Positions 1-6,870 of a stretch of 10,105 bases of DNA are shown here, piece after piece. Both the position numbers and the translations under genes were made by a program. The DNA is from Verrucomicrobiota bacterium (lineage in GTDB: Bacteria > Verrucomicrobiota > Verrucomicrobiia > Limisphaerales > CANJSG01): positions 1 to 10,105 of the forward strand of contig JBBQXJ010000116.1 of the NCBI GenBank assembly GCA_038209745.1, given 5' to 3'. Position 1 is the stretch's first letter; each line of letters begins with the position of its first letter. Below the pieces are notes generated by a model. The model ran no database searches and was not told the origin of the DNA. It worked only from the letters and a program-made list of their open reading frames with translations.

Positions 1-245
1 GGAGGGACATGGGGGAGATCGTGCCGCCGCCGAGGGTATGAGGCAAGCAGGCGGCTCACGGCACTTGAACTCCTGGAACGCGGACGCCAACAGCGGCGGT
101 CGACCGCGAGCTTGCCCGCCCCATAGCAGGAGCAACGGAGGGTCGACATGGCATTCGAGTGGAGAACCGAGGCCATACCGGAGACACGGCGCTGGATCTT
201 GTGAGCAGCAATGATGGGCCGCGATTGGGTCACTCCGGGCGATGG

Positions 246-626
246 TCAGTGAAGGCACTCATTGACCCGGCCATCGCTAAAATCGTTCAGCAGGACGTCG
301 CGAAGCACCAGCGCATGGTTGTGCTGCTCATCGCGCGCAGCGTAGACCAAGGTGACGGTCCCGCGCTGTCGAGCGGCGTTCAAGAGGTCCAACGCGCGCC
401 CGTTGTTGCGCAACTCTTCGCGATAACGCCTCTGGAACTCCTTCCAATGTTTCGGGTCGTGGCGGAACCAGCGCCGCAGCCCGTCGCTGGGCGCAACGTC
501 CTTGACCCAGCCTTTGATCTGCAAGTCATCCTTGCGCACTCCACGAGGCCAAAGACGGTCCACCAGATAGCGCTCTCCGTCGCCCGATGTGGCGGATACA
601 TAGGCTCGCTTGAGGAGGACAGGCAC
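246..626 (-). CDS. DUF488 (YeaO-like) family protein
   Basis: 126 aa ORF with family motifs KRAY...DGERYLVDRLWPRGVRK, W-KDVAPS-GLRRWF-HDP-W-EF--RY-EEL and VTLVYAARDEQHNHALVL. Confidence 0.92.
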   Translation of the reverse strand: MPVLLKRAYVSATSGDGERYLVDRLWPRGVRKDDLQIKGWVKDVAPSDGLRRWFRHDPKHWKEFQRRYREELRNNGRALDLLNAARQRGTVTLVYAARDEQHNHALVLRDVLLNDFSDGRVNECLH

Positions 627-641
627 AGGTTTTGAGTCGAT

Positions 642-854
642 CTACCAATCACCGAACTCGTTCAAGTAGCACACGGGACTTGCCGGATCACCCGTGTCGT
701 CGCCCTCCAACCGGGGAGGTTGATCGGACTTGGCCTTGCCTTCGGGACCATTGCCCGGCCCGCCGCGGTTCGCTGAGCTGGTGCGGTTTCGTGCCAGAGT
801 GCGGCCACGTTTGTTCGGAACGGGCTTTGAGCGGTGATGGTTCTTGGAAGCCAT
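642..854 (-). CDS. Small hypothetical protein (70 aa), basic/disordered N-terminus, acidic C-terminus ending DPASPVCYLNEFGDW
   Basis: ATG-started ORF ending 15 nt upstream of the co-oriented DUF488 start; no domain recognised. Confidence 0.5.
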   Translation of the reverse strand: MASKNHHRSKPVPNKRGRTLARNRTSSANRGGPGNGPEGKAKSDQPPRLEGDDTGDPASPVCYLNEFGDW

Positions 855-1047
855 GTGATCGCGAACCTATTTGCTGGACGGGTTCGGCTGTCGTCCGATG
901 GCCGTCCCGACGCTCGGCAAACGGCCACACCGACAAATCCTAGCAGGCCGCACAAATGGAGCAATGGCCACAGATCGGTGACGGCCGATCAGAGCAACGC
1001 AACCATGATCCAACCGGAGATACCGGCGATCAGGACTTTGAGCAGGA

Positions 1048-2005
1048 TCAGTTTGAGCATCGTTGGAATGGGGTTTTGGCTTTGTCATTCTCGAAAAGGG
1101 CGCTGTTCGGTCCTCGTTGGCGAACCTGTTCCTCCTCCCGCACCCGCCCACGCGCCGCCAAGACGTCAGTCCGGCCCAGGTAACCGACCACTCGCCGTTG
1201 GACACCACGCTCGACCACGGGCAACCGGCCAACATCGTGGGCCAGCATCTTTTCGAGCGCGGTCCGCAAGGTCTCATCCGGATGGGTCACCACCATTTCC
1301 CTCCGTCCAACTGCGCCGACCGACATGGTTCCCGCAGGGTCACGCCGCATTGCCCGCAGCAGATCGCCCCGGGTCAGAATACCGCACAGGTCTCCGGCCT
1401 CGTCGACGATCAACGTCCCCTGTCGTCGGGAGAGGATCGGATCATGCCCGTTGATCCGCTCGAAGAGATAGGCCACGGCCATGTCATGCGGAACCATCGG
1501 AACTTCGTTTGCCGCGACGTCTCCGACCCGAACCCGGTCGAACGGATCCACCGTGTATTCGCAGGCGACGTGCTGCCCGCGTCGCGCCAGTTTTTCCGTC
1601 AGGATCGACCGCCGCATGAGCAGCACCGTCACACAATAGGACGAGGCGCAGGCGATCAGGAGCGCGGGAAGCGAACCGAAATCATGGGACAGTTCGGCCG
1701 CGAAGACTGTGGCGGCCAACGGCGACCGCATCGTGCCTCCCATCATGGCCGCCATGCCGACGAAGTGCCCAGCGCCCGTGGTCGCCCACCGGAATCCACG
1801 AACCCGCCAGCGTGCCCAGAGATCCTCCAATGATCAGCAGCGGGGCCAGCACTCCCCCGGAAGTGCCTGATCCCAGCGCGATGGCCCAGACAAGCGCCTT
1901 GACGACCATCAGCCCCAAAACCACCGAGCCCAACAGCTCGCCGCGCAGCAGCGAATGGATCGTGCCGTAGCCCACCCCGAGGACACGCGGTTCCACGAGC
2001 TCGCC
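1048..2005 (-). pseudogene. ClC-family chloride channel/transporter with C-terminal CBS pair; 5'-truncated and frameshifted remnant
   Basis: One frame gives GELVEPRVLGVGYGTI...VKALVWAIALGSGTSGGVLAPLLIIGGSLG...WAL. After one extra base (minus strand TGG GCA CTT C GTC GGC ATG, ~1762-1764) a second frame continues VGMAAMMGGTMRSPLAATVFAAELSHDF...RRSILTEKLARRG plus two CBS domains (GILTRGDLL; VGRLPVV...VVGYLGRTDVL). The N-terminal half and a start codon are absent. Confidence 0.85.
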
Positions 2006-2151
2006 CTGCTCGACAACCTGGAAATACCCAAACCCTGACGGCCACGTCTTTCCGACCGCTGCGTCCAGCAGGCCTGAACCGACCGGTGCAGTTGGAACCC
2101 CGCCATCCATCGGCAAAGGCGGACGGATCGAAGAAACCAGCCGTTGAGGGG

Positions 2152-2871
2152 TCATTCCCCAAGATTTTTCCGGAGCAGCGTCCGGAGCGCCTTCGGACAG
2201 AGAACCGTGATCGAGTTGCCCTTCACCGATACGAGCTTCTGTTCGCGGAAACGGGCCAACGTCCGCGAGAAGGTTTCGCTCACCGTGCCCAGCTCCGCCG
2301 CGAGAACGCGTTTGGTCCCCTTGAGTTCGATGGTGTGGGGCGCCGCCGCGCCGGGATCGGGGCAGCGTTTCACAAGCCAGTTCGCCAGACGGGTTTCCAC
2401 GTCCTTCAACGTGAGGTCCTCCAGTTGGCCAACCAGCACCCGCAGATGGCCGCTCATGGAGCCGAGCATTCGCAGGGCGAGCTCGGGCTGCTTGCGCAGG
2501 AGCGCGATGAAGCCGGCCTTCTGGATGAGCAGCACCTGGGAGGATTCGACGGCCCGGGCATCGGCCGGATAACCGCGCTCTGTGGCCAGGGCCGCTTCGG
2601 CGAACGATTCGCCGGCCCGGAAGACGTGGATCACCTGCTCCTTGCCGGCGGCGTTGACGCGGTGGGCGTTGATCGCGCCCTTCTGCACCACGTAGAAGCC
2701 GTGCGAGAGCTCGCCTTCGTGGAACAGGTAGTCTCCCTTGGCCAAGGTCTTGACCGAGGCGAGCGCCGCGATGCCCGCCAGATCGATCGACGGAAGCCCG
2801 ACGAAGAGCTGGCAGGACCGGAGCGTGTTGGTCAGGGCGGCTTGTTTCAGTTCGGCCAGCGGCTGGGGCAT
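2152..2871 (-). CDS. Crp/Fnr-family transcriptional regulator, DNR/HcpR-like (no FNR Fe-S cysteine cluster)
   Basis: cNMP-binding-like domain (LFHEGE...FYVVQKG...GKEQVI...GESFAEAAL...YPADARA), dimer helix (LKDVETRLANWL) and HTH (LAAELGTVSETFSRTL, ExxSR motif). ATG at 2871 chosen because it lies 8 nt after the upstream stop and follows GGAGG. Confidence 0.93.
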   Translation of the reverse strand: MPQPLAELKQAALTNTLRSCQLFVGLPSIDLAGIAALASVKTLAKGDYLFHEGELSHGFYVVQKGAINAHRVNAAGKEQVIHVFRAGESFAEAALATERGYPADARAVESSQVLLIQKAGFIALLRKQPELALRMLGSMSGHLRVLVGQLEDLTLKDVETRLANWLVKRCPDPGAAAPHTIELKGTKRVLAAELGTVSETFSRTLARFREQKLVSVKGNSITVLCPKALRTLLRKNLGE

Positions 2872-2879
2872 GGGCGTTT

Positions 2880-3122
2880 CTAGTCCGCCTCCCTCCAAAA
2901 ATAAACCAGCCAATCGCTCCCCTGACCACGTTCCACTTTCGACCGGAAGCCTTCGCTGCCGAGCAGCTCGATCAACGGCGACGGCAGAAACGGTGCGACG
3001 ACGATCAAGCCCTCGGCCGGCTTGAGGTCGTCCGCACGACGCCGCACTTCCGGGAAGGGCTCCACGCCCTTGGCCAACAGGGAACGGACATCGAAGCGTT
3101 TGAATCGATCAAGCGGCGGCAT
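2880..3122 (-). CDS. DUF2249 domain-containing protein (80 aa)
   Basis: MPPLDRFKRFDVRSLLAKGVEPFPEV...LKPAEGLIVVAPFLPSPLIELL...GF...WLVYF matches the D-V-R...EPF...PF-P-PL...W-V-F pattern. ATG at 3122 overlaps the hemerythrin gene end by 14 nt. Confidence 0.85.
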   Translation of the reverse strand: MPPLDRFKRFDVRSLLAKGVEPFPEVRRRADDLKPAEGLIVVAPFLPSPLIELLGSEGFRSKVERGQGSDWLVYFWREAD

Positions 3123-3723
3123 GATGCGGAAGAGGTTGAAGTCGGTTGGTCCGGTTTGCCAAGCCGCCCGGTTCGAAGGGCTGCCCGCGCCGCGCCGCCA
3201 TTTCGCGGCCGACCGCCGCCAACTCCGCGTCGCCGAGAAGGCGAGCGGCCAGCGGGAACACCTCCGTGTCCTCGACCGCGATATGTCGGCCATAGAGCGC
3301 GTGGAGCGCGCCGAGGTGCGACTGCAACAAGATCACTACGTCGGTCTCCAGCCGGTTTTGCACCAGCCAGAGGCGGCCGAAGATCTCCACCGCGTGATGG
3401 GCTGGCGCGGCGGTTTGGTGATCCCCTTCGAGCCGCTGGACCTTGGCCAGGACTTCACGGGATTCGGGTGTATCGAGAGCGCGAAGACGGGGGAAGAGCG
3501 ATTCCTCCTCGTCCGCCGTGTGTTTCGGAGCTGCTTCTCGGAAGTAGCGCAACGCCGTCTCCAGCGCCTCCCTTTGCAGCGGATTCAACGGGCCACCAGC
3601 CGCCTCGGCGGTCACCCGAAGGAGCAGACCGAGGAACCGTTCCACACGACGATGGCAGTCGGACATCAGGGCCAGCGGCTGCTGGAAAGTGGGCGAGGCG
3701 GCTTCACCGATACGGATGTTCAT
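3109..3723 (-). CDS. Hemerythrin-domain (HHE) di-iron protein
   Basis: From ATG 3723: PLALMSDCHRRVERF, YFREAAPKHTADEEESLFP, LEGDH, YGRHIAVEDTEVFP, REMAARRG, giving the H...HxxxE...H...HxxxE ligand pattern. Confidence 0.9.
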   Translation of the reverse strand: MNIRIGEAASPTFQQPLALMSDCHRRVERFLGLLLRVTAEAAGGPLNPLQREALETALRYFREAAPKHTADEEESLFPRLRALDTPESREVLAKVQRLEGDHQTAAPAHHAVEIFGRLWLVQNRLETDVVILLQSHLGALHALYGRHIAVEDTEVFPLAARLLGDAELAAVGREMAARRGQPFEPGGLANRTNRLQPLPHHAAA

Positions 3724-3811
3724 GGCGGATTCTTTCTTGGTGGCAGCCCGGGCCTGAGCGAACAGCGCGGCGCCACCGGGAACAGGAGACCGCATCGGAC
3801 CGCGGATTGCA

Positions 3812-3825
3812 TTGATCTGGATCAA
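3812..3825. promoter_or_regulatory. FNR/DNR-type binding box TTGAT-CTGG-ATCAA in divergent promoter region
   Basis: 10/10 match to TTGAT-N4-ATCAA, in the 137-nt gap between divergent starts at 3723 and 3861; the neighbouring regulator has the ExxSR recognition helix. Confidence 0.93.
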
Positions 3826-3860
3826 GGCCAGATCAGCGTATCGCGGCGATATCACTACCC

Positions 3861-4343
3861 ATGAATGCAAACCCCGTCTTGCCGGCCGAAAAAGAAGGCG
3901 TGCTGTCCTTGAACGAAGGAGGCGCGTTCCGGGACAACGCCATTGTCAGCCGCAGCCTGCTCCAGACTCCGCAGCTCCGCGTCGTGCTCTTCCACTTCGA
4001 CGCGGGCCAGGAGCTCACCGACCACACGTCGCCGCATCGCGCCCTGGTCCAGATCCTCACCGGCCGCTGCGAATTCAAGCTCGGCACGGCTTGGCGCACG
4101 CTGCAGGCGGGCGACCTCGTCCACATGCCGCCGCATCTCCCCCACGCCGTCCGCGCCAAGGATCGGTTTTCCATGCTGCTGACCTTGGCGATCAATTCCG
4201 GTCCCGTGCCCGACAAGATAGGAGAAGCCGGCGGCGCGGCCATCGGGTTGGCTTCGTCCCGATCCCAAGACCCGGCAGCAACGGAAGAGGCGCCCGGCAC
4301 CCATTCCGCCATTTCGACGCAGAACCGAAACCAGACACCATGA
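3861..4343 (+). CDS. Cupin-domain protein with low-complexity C-terminal tail
   Basis: IVSRSLL...[19 protein letters not shown]...VQILTG...[17 protein letters not shown]...FSMLLTL is a typical single cupin barrel. Its TGA overlaps the nirK ATG (ATGA 4340-4343). Confidence 0.9.
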   Translation: MNANPVLPAEKEGVLSLNEGGAFRDNAIVSRSLLQTPQLRVVLFHFDAGQELTDHTSPHRALVQILTGRCEFKLGTAWRTLQAGDLVHMPPHLPHAVRAKDRFSMLLTLAINSGPVPDKIGEAGGAAIGLASSRSQDPAATEEAPGTHSAISTQNRNQTP

Positions 4344-5860
4344 AACCAAAGAATCGTCCGCGTCTCGGACCCCTTTTCGCCGCGCTCGCAGGAGCCACGG
4401 CGCTGTTCACCTCCTCCCTGTTTGCCGCCGAAGGAGCCCCCGGTCTCGGCGACCCGAAAGGCCCGAACGCCAAAGGCCTGGATCCCACCATTCAAGGCGA
4501 GGAGGTCGCCGTCCTGACCCACGCCCCGGCCGTCCCGCCCCCGATCACCCGCAAACACGCCACCAAGGTCATCGTGAACCTGGAGGTGAAGGAACTCGTC
4601 AAGCGGTTGGCCGACGGCGTGGACTATCTCTTCTGGACCTTCGGCGGCGAAGTCCCGGGCAAGTTCATCCGGGTGCGCGAGGGAGACTTGGTCGAGTTCC
4701 ACCTCTCCAACGACCCGACGAGCCGGATGCCGCACAACATCGACCTGCACGCCGTCACGGGACCCGGAGGCGGCGCGGCCAGCTCCTTCACCGCGCCCGG
4801 GCACACCTCGCAGTTTTCCTTCAAGACGCTGAACCCGGGACTCTTCGTCTACCACTGCGCCACCGCTCCGGTGGGCATGCACATCGCCAACGGCATGTAT
4901 GGGATGATCCTGGTGGAGCCCAAGGAAGGGCTGCCGCCGGTGGACAAGGAATTCTACGTGATGCAGGGCGACTTCTACACCCCCGGCAAATTCGGCGAGG
5001 AAGGGCTCCAGGCCTTCGACATGGACAAGGCCATCGATGAGCGCCCGTCCTACGTCGTCTTCAACGGCTCCGTCGGATCGCTCGTCGGCGACAATGCACT
5101 CAAGGCCAACGTCGGTGAGAAGGTCCGCATCTTCTTCGGCAACGGCGGACCGAACCTCGTCTCCTCGTTCCATGTCATCGGTGAGATCTTCGACACCGTC
5201 CATGCGGAGGGAGGCACCACGGCCACCCACAACGTCCAGACCACGCTCGTGCCGTCCGGCGGCGCGACCATCGTGGAATTCGGCCTGGATGTCCCCGGCA
5301 CCTTCCTGCTCGTCGACCATTCGATCTTCCGCGCGTTCAACAAGGGCGCGCTCGGCATGTTGAAGGTCGACGGTCCCGCCAACCTCCTGACCTATTCGGG
5401 GAAGGAAATCGACGCCGTCTACTTCGGCGACGCCTTGGCCTCGGCCAACGACACCGTGGAGAAGCTGCAGACCCAACGGAAGGATGCCATCGCCAGCGAC
5501 CCGAAGATCGCCGGCCTGGGCAAGGACATCCAGATCGAGAAGGGCAAGCGCGTCTTCCTCCAAACCTGCTTCGCCTGCCACCAGGCCACTGGCCAGGGCT
5601 TGCCCGGAGTCTTCCCGCCGCTCGCCAAGTCGGACTACCTCATGGCCAACAAGGAACGCTCCATCCACGCCGTGCTCAAGGGCGTGTCGGGTCCCGTGAC
5701 GGTCAATGGCAAGGCCTACAACGGCGTCATGCCCCCCGTCGGGATCAACGAGGAGCAGATCGCCAACGTGCTCACCTACGTCCGCAACTCCTGGGGCAAC
5801 ACGGGCGACGCCGTCACCGTGGACGAAGTCCGCCGCGTGAAGGGCGACGCCAGCAACTGA
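4340..5860 (+). CDS. nirK: Copper-containing nitrite reductase (AniA-like) with fused C-terminal cytochrome c, 506 aa
   Basis: Signal peptide ([29 protein letters not shown]); Cu ligand and catalytic motifs [48 protein letters not shown]; heme motif CFACH (5567-5581), [27 protein letters not shown]. Confidence 0.97.
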   Translation: MKPKNRPRLGPLFAALAGATALFTSSLFAAEGAPGLGDPKGPNAKGLDPTIQGEEVAVLTHAPAVPPPITRKHATKVIVNLEVKELVKRLADGVDYLFWTFGGEVPGKFIRVREGDLVEFHLSNDPTSRMPHNIDLHAVTGPGGGAASSFTAPGHTSQFSFKTLNPGLFVYHCATAPVGMHIANGMYGMILVEPKEGLPPVDKEFYVMQGDFYTPGKFGEEGLQAFDMDKAIDERPSYVVFNGSVGSLVGDNALKANVGEKVRIFFGNGGPNLVSSFHVIGEIFDTVHAEGGTTATHNVQTTLVPSGGATIVEFGLDVPGTFLLVDHSIFRAFNKGALGMLKVDGPANLLTYSGKEIDAVYFGDALASANDTVEKLQTQRKDAIASDPKIAGLGKDIQIEKGKRVFLQTCFACHQATGQGLPGVFPPLAKSDYLMANKERSIHAVLKGVSGPVTVNGKAYNGVMPPVGINEEQIANVLTYVRNSWGNTGDAVTVDEVRRVKGDASN

Positions 5861-5880
5861 TCCGCAATCCGCCTCGCCCT

Positions 5881-5912
5881 CCCCGTCCATGTCCTCGTCG
5901 ATGAGGACGGGG
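5881..5912. other. GC-rich inverted repeat downstream of nirK
   Basis: CCCCGTCC (5881-5888) pairs with GGACGGGG (5905-5912); alternative stem GTCCTC (5891-5896)/GAGGAC (5903-5908). No U-tract on the + strand. Confidence 0.45.
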
Positions 5913-5926
5913 CGAAGACGCAGAAA

Positions 5927-6042
5927 AACCACAGATGAACACAGATCCGAAATCTCCGGGCTGGGCTGTCGATCAGGAGACGAGGGCGGGCGTTTGCCAT
6001 CGTGGATTCCGCATCTGTGTGGATCGGTGTCGATCTGTGGTT
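5927..6042. repeat. Palindromic REP/MITE-like element made of 10-bp CACAGAT-containing units
   Basis: Left arm AACCACAGATGAACACAGATCC (5927-5948) matches the reverse complement of GGATCGGTGTCGATCTGTGGTT (6021-6042) at 19/22; an extra unit ATCTGTGTGG lies at 6013-6022. Confidence 0.75.
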
Positions 6043-6870
6043 GCATCCATTTCGGTCTGGTTCGCCTCGGTGGCCGTGTTGCTGGCCGCCGCGCAGGTCA
6101 CAGCCGCAACGAACTCGGTCCCAACCCGCGTCGTCCTTATTCCCGCCGGCGTCTATCGTCCTCTCTTCCGCGGCCCGGACGACTTCAAGGAAGTCCCGGT
6201 CGCGGCTTTCCAGCTCGACACGCTGCCCGTCACCAACGGCGATTTCCTCGACTTCGTCCGCGCCAATGCCCGCTGGCGGCGCTCCCGGGTGAAGCGCCTT
6301 TTCGCCGACGAAAACTACCTCCGCCACTGGGCCGACGATCTCGACCCGGGCACCAACACCACGGTCACGGCCCACCAGCCCGTCACGTGGGTTTCCTGGT
6401 TTGCGGCCAAGGCCTATGCCACGTGGCGCGGCGGCCGCCTGCCCACCATTGCCGAATGGGAACTCGCCGCCTCGGCCGGGATCACCCGGCCCGACGGCAC
6501 CAATGATCTGGAATTCCGCCGCATCGTCGCCACGTGGTATGCGACCCCGAGCCCGGCGGTGCTGCCCGATGTCGGCGGCGGAAAGGCCAACTTCTACGGG
6601 GTCCACGATCTCCAGGGCCTCGTCTGGGAATGGACCTCCGACTTCAACACCGACCTCGTCACCGGCGACGCCCGGGGCGCCACCGGTATCGATCGCCAGC
6701 TCTTCTGCGGCGCCGGTTCGCAAAACGCCGTCGACCGCACCGACTTCCAGGCTTTCATGCGCTTCGGCTTCCGCAGTTCGCTCAAGGCCGCTTACACCGT
6801 CCACAACCTCGGCCTCCGCTGCGCCTACGACCTCGCGCCGGCGAACGCCCCATCGGAAAAAGCGCCATGA
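5935..6870 (+). CDS. nirV: Formylglycine-generating enzyme (SUMF1) family protein, NirV-like; start uncertain (ATG 5935 or GTG 6037)
   Basis: Hydrophobic signal-like stretch, then VLIPAG, F-LD--PVTN--F--FV, PVTWVSWFAAKAYA, RLPTIAEWE, NFYGVHDLQGLVWEWT, LFCGAGS, HNLGLRCA; directly downstream of nirK. Its TGA overlaps the SCO ATG. Confidence 0.85.
   Translation: MNTDPKSPGWAVDQETRAGVCHRGFRICVDRCRSVVASISVWFASVAVLLAAAQVTAATNSVPTRVVLIPAGVYRPLFRGPDDFKEVPVAAFQLDTLPVTNGDFLDFVRANARWRRSRVKRLFADENYLRHWADDLDPGTNTTVTAHQPVTWVSWFAAKAYATWRGGRLPTIAEWELAASAGITRPDGTNDLEFRRIVATWYATPSPAVLPDVGGGKANFYGVHDLQGLVWEWTSDFNTDLVTGDARGATGIDRQLFCGAGSQNAVDRTDFQAFMRFGFRSSLKAAYTVHNLGLRCAYDLAPANAPSEKAP

Noticed and set aside
1..126. 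Open + frame from the window edge ending at TAG 124-126
   Set aside because: Could be a gene 3' end, but no recognisable motif supports it.
137..204. GGAGG followed by an 18-codon ORF (MAFEWRTEAIPETRRWIL, 148-204, + strand)
   Set aside because: Too short, with no recognisable homology; cannot be distinguished from chance.
1755..1770. Programmed ribosomal frameshift in the ClC gene
   Set aside because: The gene also lacks its 5' half and a start codon; a simple 1-nt insertion or sequencing error is more parsimonious.
1682..2929. 415-aa minus-strand ORF
   Set aside because: Mostly an off-frame shadow of the Crp/Fnr gene; only ~1765-2005 is ClC-like sequence.
3812..4339. 682-aa N-terminally extended NirK (ORF track 3812..5860)
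   Set aside because: The TTG 'start' is the FNR box itself; the extension is an Arg/Pro-rich off-frame reading of the cupin gene. The signal peptide begins at ATG 4340.
5927..6042. CRISPR array interpretation of the short repeats (also 9357-9526)
   Set aside because: Units are inverted or adjacent 10-mers and hairpins without regular unique spacers; no cas genes in the window.
3833..6046. 737-aa antisense ORF, and similarly 5776..6804, 6825..7379, 7669..9285, 2086..2883, 3022..3864, 1063..1833 and 159..635
   Set aside because: Antisense shadows of well-supported GC-rich genes; no recognisable domains.
6534..6866. N-terminal extension of the SCO ORF
   Set aside because: Overlaps the nirV-like gene out of frame; the signal peptide and ATGA coupling place the start at 6867.
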